NCBI GenBank assembly: GCA_964016885.1
Contig: OZ024743.1
Location: forward strand, 323,578,001-323,642,000
Reading direction: 5' to 3'
Source of the DNA: Eledone cirrhosa
Taxonomy: Eukaryota
DNA: 64,000 bases
Below, one piece after another: positions 12,666-26,275 of the stretch (position 1 is the first letter of the stretch; every line of letters starts with the position of its first letter). The translations under genes were made by a program, and so were the position numbers. Below the pieces are notes generated by a model that saw only the letters and a list, made by a program, of their open reading frames with translations, was not told where the DNA came from and ran no database searches.

Positions 12666-12951
12666 TGATCAAAAGAACATCTATTTTATTAATACTTATA
12701 TTTTAATATTAATAACTCCTGAAAATTATTTTTTCGTTGAGTGCTTCCAATCTACTGTAAAACTCATTCTTTGACATAATCATCGAATATTGTTTAACAA
12801 CTTAATATATATATATAAAATTAGAATTGGTGCTCTGAAATAGCGAGAAAACCACCAGTGTATGGAATCTATAACCTATGAAAGGCAGACCATAGACACG
12901 ATAATTAAAAATATAAATTAAAGCGTAAATAAATATCTCTATAACTATATA

Positions 12952-13031
12952 ACACACGTACAAATCCAAAGATATGTTTCACCAAAAATTTGTTGAAAGA
13001 AATGGTCTAGTCTCGGTTCATCAGCGTGTGT
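12952..13031 (-). ncRNA. Type I hammerhead ribozyme with extended stem III
   Basis: acacacg CTGATGA accgaga...ttttggt GAAAC atatctttggattt GTA cgtgtgt; 7-bp perfect stem I. Confidence 0.8.
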
Positions 13032-13385
13032 AAGGCCATACATTTCAGACAACACTAAGAGAATTTTAAAATTGACTGTCCAGCTAACACGTGGGAGAGA
13101 GAAGTCACAGCGTGTTTAAGGGCAGTGAATCAGTGGCCTCTGAGGGACGAACTACTAGAAAGGGCAGCCCAAAGCCACTCAGAGAAGTGTGCTCAACCAA
13201 ACAGAGATAGGAAAGACTGTTATTAGGAGCGAAATATCACGATAAATTATTATTGATAACGCACTATATCTCTCTCTGGTGTGTTACCTTTTCAACATAT
13301 TGTATTTTAAAGAGCTCAGGATCTCTTCTCCTTTGAGCACATTATTTACAGGGAATAGAGAGGGCCTATGCCTCTGTTAATTTAT

Positions 13386-13458
<73 letters not shown>

Positions 13459-13818
13459 TATAATTAGATAATTAGTTACAACAGAGACATATACTGGTAC
13501 TTAAATTTCGTTGAGCTATACACCCCCCAACTCATTCAGCCTGGTATACTTAGCTTGTCCCATGGACTGAGTGCTCTTACCTTCAGTATATATATATATA
13601 TTAAGTCCCCAAATCCTAAAACCTTTCTTGAATTATGGTCGAGTGCTCCATATTTGTGAAGGCATGCTGTTATATTAACCATTACTGCCAAATTCAGCAG
13701 TCTGCCATGGCTGCTGTCATTTACCGACCGACTAGCAGTTAATGCCACACATGGGATACCGTCATCGACTTGGAAATTTAGTAGTAAGGTCGATTTTCGG
13801 AAACCCTTCATAGGACTG

Positions 13819-13921
13819 TTGGCCGATGAGAATTCCCTTATTCAGAATTTGCTGGTTATGAATCTATTGTTAATAAATTACCAGTAGAATTTCCTCGTAA
13901 TTCGAAACAGTACTGTATCAG
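13819..13921 (+). ncRNA. Hammerhead-like fold, CCGATGA core, long stem II
   Basis: ttgg CCGATGA gaatt...aattc GAAAC agtact GTA tcag; stem III palindrome acagtactgt; weak stem I. Confidence 0.5.
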
Positions 13922-14552
13922 TTTAGACGTGGATTTTTGTACTCCGGAAGAATTTTGTGTGCTAAACTTGGAGATGGGAAGCTCCGCCAGGTTTAAAATG
14001 TCCAAGACATGCTGTGCGTTAGGAGGGTGCCTCTAAGAATTCATTCTGAGTTAAGGGCCTTTGACTATTTTAGAATTGTGTTGTGCAATGAGAACAACTT
14101 TTATCGCTAATGATCTACGTTTGTGGGGAATTTCACATAGTATAGATGTGATGTTTACTAATGTCAACCTAGTTTTGCTTTGTGTTGTCTGATATAATGT
14201 ATTGCAGTTGCTTTTTGTTGACAATGTACAGCTGAACTGGTGGGAGGTTGTCGTGCCTGTATAACCCATATAACAGGTGAAGTTGTAAAAAATACGCCTT
14301 TCACGTTTGCAATCAAATTGTAGCATTAGTTGCAGGTTTACATGCTTGTAATTGGTTACCAATAAGATTTACGGCTCGTTGTAATGCATTCTGTGTCCTG
14401 TTTTATAGTTTTTTTTAATAATACTTTTATTTAGTTAGTATGCATTCAATTCCTGTTGTACTTTTTACGTATGATTTATACATTTTAGATAGGTGTTGAG
14501 TCTAAAGTATTTATTGCAGTATATTTCCTATTGTATTAGTCTATGACTTGGA

Positions 14553-14788
14553 AAGGCGGTGGATTGGTAGAATCAGTAGAACAAAAGGCTTTGCAGTATA
14601 TAGTTAGGTTCTTTCACGTTCTGAGTTCAAATCCAATCAAGGTCAACTTTACCTGTCGTCCTCCCGGGGTCGATAAAAATAAAGTACCATTCAAATACTG
14701 GGGGGGGGGGGGGGGGGTTTCCGATGTAATCGATTTTCCCTTCCCGTCAAACACGCTGGTCTTGTGCCAAAAAGTAAAAACAATTATT
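14553..14788 (+). mobile_element. tRNA-derived SINE (main family)
   Basis: Box A-like tggtagaatcag, box B gagttcaaatcc, core gtcgataaaaataaagtacc, tail acaattatt. Confidence 0.8.
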
Positions 14789-15287
14789 CAGTGACATGAT
14801 CTGTTAGTTTATTACAATACTCCTTGTTGATTTATGGTGGGTTTATTCTATAGATTTCTTCATCTGGTGCTTTGTTTATGGAGGACAACCTAAATGTCCT
14901 AAATAGGGACTCCATCGTTGATATTTCATGTGGACATTCACCGTCTCCATATAAATATATATAAATACATGCATGTATTTGTGTGTTTGGGTGTAAACAG
15001 GTGTGATGTATCTTCTATATATATTTCCTATCTGAATATTTGTGTCTGTAAATGTAGTCAATGTATTGCCAGAAGTGTTATTTGTGTACAGTTCTGAATG
15101 TTGAATTCTAGTAGAAAGTTGGTTTTTAAATTTTTATCTAAAAACTTTTATAAAAAAGAATAGATAAAAACAGGAACACAGATGGGTTTTAAATATGACA
15201 GACTCACACACATACACACACGCACCTTCTCATGTACACACACATGCACCCCCTTATGCACATACGCACATTCACATTAACTAGAAT

Positions 15288-15497
15288 TCCGTCGGTTACG
15301 ACAACGAATGTTCCAGTTGATCCGATCAACGGAACAGTCTATTCGTGAAATTAACGTGCAAGTGGCTGAGCATTCCACAGATACGCGCACCCTTAACGTA
15401 GTTCTCAGAGAGATTTAGAATGTAACAAGGCTGACCTTTTGAATTACAGGTACAACTCATTTTTGCCAGCTGAGTGGACTGGAGCAACGTGAAATAC
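15288..15497 (-). mobile_element. Second SINE-like family fragment
   Basis: Reverse-complement similarity to 52225-52465 and, more degraded, 34200-34390. Confidence 0.65.
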
Positions 15498-15774
15498 TTA
15501 GCATACTATATATATATATGTATCTACATACCAGGATGAGACAGAGCTGTACTTAACTAATAAGTACTGTCCTTCCTCATTAAAATATAGAATGTACTCA
15601 TGATAGAGTCTACACAAGAAAGAAATTCGACCATATTTTGTCTTTTAATTGTCTAAAAGTAATCTTCATACAAATGTTTTATATCTTTTTTACTGTACTT
15701 AGAATCTCATAGTTTTTTCACTTGCATTTCTTTATTCTGGTTTAAACCTCAAAACCTAGTTATATGGTTACACA

Positions 15775-16017
15775 CACTCACTCACTCATTCACCCACTCA
15801 CTCACCCACTCTCTCACTCACTCACTCACTCACTCACTCACTCACTCACTCACTCACTTGTTCATTCACCAACTCACTCACTCGCTCATTCACCCACTCG
15901 CTCACTCACTCACTTACTCGCTCATTCACTCACTTACTCGCTCATTCACTCACTCACTCGCTCACTCACTCATCCACTCACTCACTCACTCATCCACTCA
16001 CCCAGTCATTCACCCAC
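15775..16017. repeat. (CACT)n microsatellite
   Basis: Direct reading. Confidence 0.9.
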
Positions 16018-16129
16018 TGGTGGTAAGAAACTCTCAGGAGGAGCAAGAGCAGATTTAGATCTTGTGGGGCCCAGGGCAGTTCAGGTTTGACGGGCTCCTC
16101 TTATAACAACACACACACATGCATACATT

Positions 16130-16170
<41 letters not shown>

Positions 16171-16293
16171 TTACACACACTTATGCACACAAATATATGA
16201 ATATACATATATATATAATTGGTGTTGGATGCTTAAAGTGTCCGTATGCGGTAGGCCGTTTGAGCACTCGATGCTCTCATAGAGCAGAGTATG

Positions 16294-16508
16294 ATATCAC
16301 AGAAAAAAAGAGAATCAGTGTTGCGACGAATAAAATTTATTAAACATATTACAATCGTTTCTCTGGCGACCAGCTCGACCTTCGATTTTCAGAGTCAGGT
16401 TCGATCATCACATCGATCGTGCCTCGAGCTGGTCGCCAGAGAAACGAATGTAATATGTCCAATAAATTCCATTCGTCGCAACACTGATTCTCTTTTTTTC
16501 TGTGATAT
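16294..16508. repeat. 85-bp inverted repeat; each arm carries an HHR 3' half
   Basis: Arms 16294-16378 / 16424-16508; tcgagctggtcgccaga GAAAC gaat GTA. Confidence 0.8.
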
Positions 16509-16576
16509 ATATATATAGTCGCATATATGTTATAGAATACTATTAGCTTCTCGCTAAAACAATCTCTATACCTCTC

Positions 16577-16629
<53 letters not shown>

Positions 16630-16876
16630 GATAAATCTACCAAAAGTTTACGGTAGTGTCCAATCCGTATGAAGAACTCAATGTAATCCGGATATCATGA
16701 AAAGAGAAGATGCATTCAAAAACTACTTTCGGTGAAAAATAAACGGAAAACAGAGTCAAGATAAATTAATAAAATAATGACCAACTCTAACACATATATA
16801 TCCTAGAAACGATCGTAAAATGATGAATTTTTTTTAATATAAGGAACTGTTTCTTTGTTTATTCATTATTTTATTA

Positions 16877-16920
<44 letters not shown>

Positions 16921-16922
<2 letters not shown>

Positions 16923-18334
16923 ATAATAATAAAATTGAAGACTAAAATCCAAAGAGGGCTCGATAAGGAAAATATATATCAAATATATAAGAACCGTAGA
17001 GCAAATATTTATTAAAATAACAGATTAAAGTTTAAGCAAAGAATCGCTGCTTTCACCTTTAACGGGATCTTCTGAAACTAACAAAGTCACACTTATTACA
17101 ACGAAGCTCTTGCCCGAAGTGGATTTGTCGATAAGGTAGCATATACTGAGTACGAAAATAGACCTAGAAGAAATAGATCCCGTCGCATTTGTTGGTTTAA
17201 CCCACCATATAATATGGAGGTGGCCACACCATTAGCTAAGATCTTTCTTTCCCTTATTACGAAGCATTTCCCCCCTACACATAAATATAGTATAATTTTT
17301 AATAGAAATACTATTAAAATTTCTTACTCTACGACTCCTAACCTTGCACATAACATCACAGCTTCAAATTTAGCTAAACTACCTAGCTGTAGGAACACGT
17401 GCAACCCTGTAGTTAGTACTAACTGTAATTGTAGGAATCGGGCTGATTGCCCCCTATCCGGGAAATGCCTCTCTAGTAACATTGTCTACAAATGTAAGGT
17501 TGTAACACCCACGTCCCGTAGGGCCTACATAGGGTTAACCGCCAATAGTTTCAAGCAGCGTCTCTACATGCATACCCATTCTTTTCGTTACCCTCTAAGA
17601 AGGAATATGACGTCACTTTCAGCTTATATCTGGAGTCTAAAAGACAACCACACCCAATATAAGTTACACTGGGAGATCCTAGCTAGGGCTAGATCGTATA
17701 ACGGAAATAAAAGACCATGTGACCTCTGCGCCGCTGAGGCCCTGGAAATACTCTACGCCACAGACCACATCTTAAACAAAAAATCTGAGGCAATTTCGGC
17801 TTGTAAACATAAATTGCACAAAACTTTCCTGTATTACAGCCCCACGTTATACCCTAACGGATAGCACGATCTATACGTGGATATTTTACGTCTTGATGTG
17901 GGAGCTAAGTATATGTTTGTTTATTCCTTTACTTATTTGCATAGGTAACTATATATTACCCGTATGTTTTGTGAAGGTATGTATACCTTCTCGTACGTAT
18001 ATTTGACTGTTATGGCGTATACTTTTTACATATTCTGGTATTTAGGGTTTGGCTATGTGTATACGGGAGTTTTGCGTCTGCGTGAGTATGCAGGTTCGTA
18101 CGTATGGTGATTGTGTGTATATGTGTACTTCTTGTTTTAGTTGACTTACGTCTCCGAACATTCGTGTATTTATATGTAAGTATGAGTGTGCGCTTGTTAT
18201 ATACGTATTTATTTACTTGCAACGTTTTTTGAAATATCCAGTCCTGCGTTTACAGATTGACTTTGTTAGTTTCAGAAGATCCCGTTAAGGGTGAAAGCAG
18301 CGATTCTTTGCTTAAACTTTAATCTGTTATTTTA

Positions 18335-18340
<6 letters not shown>
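16921..18340 (+). mobile_element. PLE family B insertion: inverted pLTR (16921-17088), 5'-truncated ORF, 3' UTR, pLTR (18218-18340)
   Basis: pLTR matches 7500-7710; flanked by (TA)n. Confidence 0.88.
17091..17864 (+). pseudogene. PLE ORF 3' part: linker plus uninterrupted GIY-YIG endonuclease
   Basis: TYYNEALAR...WFNPPY...HFPPTHKY...CNCRNRADCPLSGKC..NIVYKC...AYIGLTANSFKQR...CDLCAAE...LNKKSE..CKH. No internal stops. Confidence 0.9.
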
Positions 18341-18399
<59 letters not shown>

Positions 18400-18488
18400 G
18401 GAAAATTTGAACAGGAACAAAACAGAGAGGCAATACAACGAATGTTTATTAATTTCACGCTCTTGAGAGTGGGGTGGTGGTGGGGAAC

Positions 18489-18516
18489 GACGTTTCGGGC
18501 ATAAGCCCTTCTTCGG
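18489..18516 (-). ncRNA. Degenerate minimal HHR-like motif
   Basis: CCGAAGA a gggc ttat gccc GAAAC GTC; stem I not convincing. Confidence 0.35.
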
Positions 18517-18624
18517 GTGAAAAGTGTGTGGGAAGAGAGTTCAAAGGGTGTGTAGGGGAGTGGTGGAGAGACATATAGCGAAAAGGGGGTGGGAGGAAAC
18601 GGTGCGAATATCTATATGTATATA

Positions 18625-18770
<146 letters not shown>

Positions 18771-19689
18771 TTTGTGTGTATATATATATATATGTGTGTG
18801 CGCGTGTGTGTGTGTATACGCGCGCGTGTATGTAATGTAGACATGTAAAGGTCTGTGAGTATTAACTTGTATAAACCTGTCCTTATTTAATTGTATCTCA
18901 GTATTTTTATTGCCTTTCCCTTGCCTTCACATAATGGTTGTATCTTTTACTGTTCTTAGTATTTTTAGTCAGTGAAGAACATTAAAATGTGTGAACAGCC
19001 TTCATTTGGAAAATGACTATTGTGAACATCGATGAATAGAAATTCAATTAGTTTGCTAGTAAAATCGAATTAGATTTAACAATTTAACGTATTTGCTAGC
19101 CTTAGTTATTTATGTTTTTGTCCTGTGCACCCTCCTGTTTTGGATATATATGTCTATATATCTATGTATATATAAAGTTGTAGTTCCTGTCTGTTTGTTT
19201 GTTTGTTCACGAACTTCTATGGTTTTGGAGATAGACCCCCCATAACCATATATATTCTGAAATTACATTGCCCAGGGTACTTGGGTAAGTATATTTCATT
19301 TTAATCAAAGGGTTCCACGGGGTGGGGGGGGGGGGGGGCAAACCCCCGTTGAATAATTTTTCCCTTCGATTTATAGGAAATTTAAATCATAGGTAAATGA
19401 CAAGATATGATGCCTATTCACAACATTTCAGCAAATTTCAATAATATTAAGACACCCTAATGGGGGTTAAACCCCCTATAGTGAAAAGTTTGGAAGCCCA
19501 AATAAAATAATGCTTTACACAAAAATGAAATGATCAAGTTTTGAATTGATATTTCGAAAAAAATTATTTACACGAAACAAAATAAGAATAAGATTTACTA
19601 ATGTAATTTTGATTTGATATATTACAAAAAATAATGTTTTTCCAATTTTTCATGCATTACATTTTACATTGAGTAATATTGAAATGCAG

Positions 19690-20110
19690 AGTTTTTCGGT
19701 TGAAGGATGTCATAAAAGACAATCTTAAAGCTCTGAAGATTGATATGGAGAACTGGGAGAGACTGGCTGAAGGCCGTACATCGTGGAGAAAGATCATCAA
19801 ATATGAATGTAATGTCTTTGAGATAAAGCGAGTGGAGCATGCTGTTTTGAAGCAGGAATTGAAGGAATTGAAGCAGGAATTGAGGTGCAAGGTATGTGAC
19901 CGATTCTAACAAGAGTTGGTTTTGTTAACCATCTGAAGTCACACAAACCGGGAAGAAATAGAACTAACTGTGAGATTGTTCTACCGCCACACACTCCACG
20001 GTACATTTGCAGTGAGTTTGGCTTAATTTGCAAATCAGCGGGTGGACTAGACATGGTAAAATGCATGAAGACGCACCCCAGTCGGTTTTACCAGGAGACA
20101 GACATACTAT
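19690..20110 (+). mobile_element. RTE/BovB-like LINE 3' fragment with decayed C2H2 fingers
   Basis: RLKDVIKDNLKALKIDMENWERLAEGRTSWR...CKVCDR...HLKSH. Confidence 0.7.
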
Positions 20111-20456
20111 ATCTAAAGTATGTATTCCTATATTTCATAAGGGTTTTCTTTCCTTGTAAAAAGCAATAAACATTCAGGCTCAGTTAATCGAAGTTATGGT
20201 GTTGGCATAACTCGTAAATCATGGCAAATATAGATAAGTATTTTGTACTCTATACTTTATTTCAACTTTATTTAAAGACGTAAAGTCCTTTGATGATTGA
20301 TTCGCGCCTCCCATAACTTTGCCAAAATCGATAGTAGTGATCGATGATCGATTGCTTAGGTCAATCTTAAGTTATGGTTCCTACTATCTGTAAGAGCATA
20401 GAGTGCTCAACCGGCATACCGCCTATGGAAGCATCTTAGCTACCATCACACACACA

Positions 20457-20526
<70 letters not shown>

Positions 20527-20672
20527 GCATGTATTTATGTATGTGTGTGTGCGTTTGGTTTGTCTTCAGATACCGAAAGAAAAAAAGAGGGTGAAAAGAA
20601 ATGAGAATGATAGCTAAATAGAGAGAGGATGCCAAAAGAAAGCTGCTACACACACATACACACACACACTCA

Positions 20673-20729
<57 letters not shown>

Positions 20730-20902
20730 GGAGAGAGAGAGAGGGAGAGAGAGAGAGAGAGAGAGAGGTGGGATGGTGGGGTGGGGGAGTATGAGGATGA
20801 GAGCGAGAAATGGAAAGAGAAAGAGTGACAGAGAAGTTGCTATTTTATGAAATTAGATGCTTAATCCTATAAGTTATTCTTGTATTATTTTCTTTTAAAT
20901 TT

Positions 20903-21009
20903 CAAATCCCGCCGAGGTTAACTTTGCCTTTCATCCTTACGGGATCGATAAAATGAAGTACCAGTAATGTACTGGGTAATTTGCTGGCCTTGTGCCAAAA
21001 GTAGAAACA
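20903..21009 (+). mobile_element. 5'-truncated SINE with 19-bp TSD
   Basis: attattttcttttaaattt at 20884-20902 and 21010-21028. Confidence 0.9.
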
Positions 21010-21209
21010 ATTATTTTCTTTTAAATTTGTAAATTTATGTATTTGTTATTTGTGACCATACCTTATTTTCTGTATTCTGTTTTCTATTGTCATTTGATAT
21101 TTTGGTTGAGGTTAAGCTACGCCCAAAGTAATTCTGAACTCCAGCACTTGATGCACTTTATGTAACCGTAAGAAGTAATTGTTTATTATTTTTTTTGCAG
21201 AGTTTTATA

Positions 21210-21550
21210 GGTGGAGATGAAGTGGAAAATTGACAAAGTCGTTTGAAACGCCGGATAAAATACATTGCTGTATTCGTTCCGGTTCTCTGCGCTTTCTGAG
21301 TTCAAATACTACCGAGCTAAATTTTACTTTTCATCCATTCGAGATCGATAAAAAAATGTATCAGTATAATACTGGCATCAATTCCTTCTCTATATCTCTT
21401 TTTCACTTCCTCTCTCTAGCACAGTCTCTCTCTCCCTCTCGTTTCTCTTTCCCTGGAAGAAATCGGTTGTATTTAGACCTAGAAAAGGGATGGGTTTCAC
21501 CGAATTTAAAGGGTTTAAGACTCCATCAGGAGTTACGGGTTCATACAAAC
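21210..21550 (+). mobile_element. Older composite SINE with CT-rich linker and extra 3' module
   Basis: Same layout as 48340-48662(+) and 40310-40686(-). Confidence 0.55.
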
Positions 21551-22430
21551 ATATAGGTAGAGTTAGTTTACAGAATAAATCATCTTTGGAAAATGTTCAC
21601 CCGCTCAACCTAATCTCCATTGGATATTAAACCTAATTAGACTTAATCGATCGTGCACTTTAACATCACAATCTGACCACTGGGTGCATTTAGTGGTGTC
21701 TGTTGCAATAATCTGTTGCAATAATCCAGGTCAAGGGGAACATTGGATAGCATTTCTCTTCCCTCAACTTTTCTATGGTACACCCTCATATTTAAAAAAT
21801 GTAGTTTATATAAAAAATGTCCTGAAACACGTTCCTTGAAGTCTTCTTTTATTAACTTTTCTTTTCAAAACAAGAACAAAGAACAAAAATATATATAAAA
21901 ACAACAAACAAACAAAAACGTTAACCGGAGAACCTAATCAAAATATTCTCCAGGATATTAGATTGACCACCCTGACCGTTTTGAAGACCCATCTCCATCT
22001 CAAAGCATTAAAGCCTGGCCACGAGTCTGGTCTGAACATAACTTCTTCCTATCACCCATGGAAACTCTAATAAGGGACATGGTTGCACCTATTTCTTCTC
22101 ATTAAAATATCCATCTTGCAACCACACAATTATAGAAATTTTCTTTAAATAAAATGTTATCAAACGTTGATCTTATAATTCAGTTATATTGTTTCTTTCT
22201 TCAAAACTTTTCCTCCGCGAGGGATTGCATATACTACAATAAGCTGTGATATCTATCAACAGAAAAACTGACCTAATATTTTTCTACCACAAACATCTTA
22301 GAATGACAACCTTACTTCCTTCAGCACGACTCGCACATTGGTGTGGGGCAGACAGCTTGAACCATATAAAATATCAACACAGACCCGAATAGCTACCTTC
22401 TTTTAGATACTATTGAAGTACCGGTGGATT

Positions 22431-22620
22431 GAAGGGCGGTGGATTGGCAGTATCGGTAGAGGGTCGGACGTCATGCTTTGACGCATAGAGTTACGGCCCT
22501 TTACGATCTGAGTTCAAATCCCGCCGAGGTCAACTTTGCCTTTCATCCTTATGGGGTCGATAAAATAAAGTACCAGTAATGTACTGGGTAATTGCTGGCC
22601 TTGTGCCAAAAGTAGAAACA
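22431..22620 (+). mobile_element. Full-length tRNA-derived SINE with 16-bp TSD
   Basis: Boxes A and B present. actattgaagt(a/c)ccgg at 22409-22424 and 22621-22636. Confidence 0.9.
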
Positions 22621-22768
22621 ACTATTGAAGTCCCGGGAAGAATTGTCCATATCTAATTATCCGAAACTATCATGATCTTAGAAGACAGCCGACGAGCGAG
22701 AAATATACATGTTTGTCTTTTTTGAGTTTTCTGTTTCCTTTATGTCTCGCGTGTTTTTTAATGACACA

Positions 22769-22837
<69 letters not shown>

Positions 22838-23130
22838 ACACACATATATACATATATATATATACATACGTACACACCTACACACACACACATATATGCA
22901 TACATATATACATACGTACACACCTACACACACACGCACACACACACATACACACACGCGCACACGCACACGCGCGCACACACACACACACATGTATATA
23001 TATATATATACACAGGGAGTGTAACGTGAAGTTACTGTAGGTTCACCCAGGTGAACACTTGATGTTTAGGTTCACGTCAGTAGCGAGATGTAGAGCTAGA
23101 CAGAGCTAAACCGTCGGGCTCCGACTCTTT

Positions 23131-23195
<65 letters not shown>

Positions 23196-23956
23196 TATTG
23201 TAAAGATTCTTTGCTATCAAAAGGGTAAAAGTTTAACCGTAAGGCAAAAATCCTTCAAATAATATTCACACTCTCCTTTTCTGAAGTATAGAGAACTAAC
23301 TTGAATAGCTATCTTACTGACCTTAACCAGGAAATTATACTCGGATTCTTTTCCTAGAGTGCTTAAACTATCTGTGACTAATCCCGGTTTTTTTCATAAA
23401 AACTGTGATAATTATTGCTATTTTGCTGAACTCCTTTTGTAGAGTTTTTTTTCAGAATGTATTTGACTGCTATTTCTTGTAAATAAACATTCACTTCCAT
23501 CCTGACGTCACTAGCCCCGTTTTTTCCTCATGTGCTTTTTCATAAATACACATGAAGGCGAACTAGCCAGTTTTAGAATTCCCTTTTTCGGATTATATTA
23601 CTGTGAGAGCCCTGGTTTCTGTTGAGCTCTGCTGATGAATGAAATCCAACCGTGACCATCTCCACTGAAAGTTTTCATGAAATAGTCTTTTAAGACTATA
23701 CAGAACATTTGATGTTATTCCAAATTGAAGGATAGGTGTTTCAAACTTTATTTTATCATGAGTTAAAGGTCTATAGATTTTTCCCTGGATTTTACTAAAT
23801 TCTGTGGATGAATTTATATCCTGATTCTCTTTTGAGATGAGTTTGAGTTATTTTTCCTAAATCTTTCGTTAACTACTTTTCCCATCTTGACGTTATAGTC
23901 GCATATATGTTATAGAATGCCGTTAGCTTCTTGCTAAAACAATCTCTATACCTCTC

Positions 23957-24008
<52 letters not shown>

Positions 24009-24009
24009 T

Positions 24010-24186
24010 ATAGGGTGTGGTAAAAACCATCTATACCATAACCCACCAGAGTACTCGATACTTGGGGTAGTAGAGTGGGTAATATGAAAATATTCAGGAC
24101 TGTGACAGCCGAGCTCCGGCTGTTTCGACAGGTAGATCCGTTCGGATCTAGCTGTCGAAACGGCCAGAGCTCAGCCGTCGGGGTCC

Positions 24187-24190
<4 letters not shown>
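24010..24190. mobile_element. Family D-related cassette with fold-back hairpin (~24090-24193)
   Basis: gtttcgacaggtagatccg tt cggatctagctgtcGAAACggcc...gccGTCggggtcc. Confidence 0.7.
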
Positions 24191-24240
<50 letters not shown>

Positions 24241-24274
24241 AAAAAACAGAGGTGTGATACACGAGTTGTGATAT

Positions 24275-24643
<369 letters not shown>

Positions 24644-24871
24644 TATATCTACGAACATATGCGTACAGATGTACACTAATACCCCACTCCTTCCGACTAG
24701 CCTCAGCGTCACGTGATTGATTCTTTAGAATCTGCCATTTGACCAGAGGCAGTGAACTTTTTCAGTGCTTTGGAATTCAGTCCTCGCTAGCTGTTCCATC
24801 CACCGAATTATTATTATTTTTATATGAGTCCCTAGTGTCCGCGCATTGCCTGGAGACTTAGCTGATAATAG

Positions 24872-24953
24872 ACTCCCTGATGACGTAATGAATTCTCGAC
24901 AGTTACATTACGTAACTGTCTTTATCCCATTACAGAAACTAATTAGTTGGAGT
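24872..24953 (+). ncRNA. Type I hammerhead ribozyme with a hairpin nested in stem II
   Basis: actcc CTGATGA c gtaatg [gacagttac...gtaactgtc] cattac a GAAAC taatta GTT ggagt; 12-nt palindrome aactaattagtt. Confidence 0.8.
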
Positions 24954-25009
24954 GAAAATTTTAGTAAGTAAGTTAATTTTTAATTTTTAAAATTTTCTTA
25001 TTTTACGTC

Positions 25010-25091
<82 letters not shown>

Positions 25092-25205
25092 GTAGTTACA
25101 TAGTAACATATTGGTGGATGTATAAAAGGAAAAAGGAAAACAGTGCTCAATCAGGTGTGAGGCCTGATATATTTAGTTATTTATTTATGTTCATACCCAG
25201 AACAA

Positions 25206-25282
25206 AAGCGCCGCCTAAGGTTTCGCGGCCCAATGCTGACCATCTCCACAGATCAAATTTGTGACCTAGTCATCAGGCACTT
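25206..25282 (-). ncRNA. Degenerate hammerhead (cleavage triplet mutated)
   Basis: aagtgc CTGATGA ... GAAACC tta GGCG gcgctt. Confidence 0.4.
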
Positions 25283-25466
25283 GGACGAGTTTAACGATAT
25301 CGTTAAAAATATAGTGTGTTAAACACTTCTCGAAGTTATGGAAGTTATTAAGACAGTAGTACCTTTGTTCCGTGTATGAATATGATATAACATAATATAA
25401 TAATAATAATAATAATAATAATATATATATATGCATATATATATGGATACATACATACATACATAC

Positions 25467-25880
25467 ATGGTGGTGGCTGCCAACTCGTTTTCGAGTACGG
25501 CCACTACTTTATATCCATGTAGGAGAACCCCTACCGATGCGCTGAACGAGTGTGACTTTCTAGTCCAGCCAGCGACTTGAAAACTCTGGTACAAACACTA
25601 CACTTGTGACAATTACTGACACATAGTGCTGGGCCCATGGTATCATGTGACGACAAGTGCAGAGAGATCTCCAGATATAAAGCAATGCCTGTGCCGTGAA
25701 GCTTTTATAGTGAGCAAAGGCACTGCACAAAGCCAGTCCCACTCTCTTAACCAAGATGATATTTACCAAAAAGAAGAACAAGTCAACATCATTGGATACC
25801 ATCAGAGTTGCAGGTGTTATATCAGAGTTTTCCTTCTCCTAGAATTCTGCCTTGACAAAGGCTAAGGGGTCATCTCTCCC
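25467..25880 (-). mobile_element. Family C retroposon, 5'-truncated
   Basis: Reverse complement of ~7990-8399; (ATAC)n on both sides. Confidence 0.8.
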
Positions 25881-25938
25881 ATACATACATACATACATAC
25901 ATACATACATACATACATACATACATACATACATACAT

Positions 25939-25987
<49 letters not shown>

Positions 25988-26275
25988 GTCCGGCGTGAGA
26001 GACGTCATCACGGAATATATGCGCAGCAAGTTCAGATGGGCTGGACACGTCGCCCGGTTCACCGATAATCGGTGGACCCGCGCAGTTGCCGAGTGGTACC
26101 CGCGCGAGCGGAAATGACCACGGGGAAGGCCTTTATGAGGATGGAGGTACGATTTTAAGAATACGGTTGGGACTACGTGGATGAGGAAAGCACGATCCAG
26201 AGAGGAATGGACGGCGTGCTGTGACCAGCGGCGCCGAATGGCCGCCCGACAGACTGGTCGGTCAAGGTGATCAAG

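Noticed and set aside
22431-22525. tRNA gene
   Set aside because: Box A/B head of a multi-copy SINE with TSDs; no complete cloverleaf.
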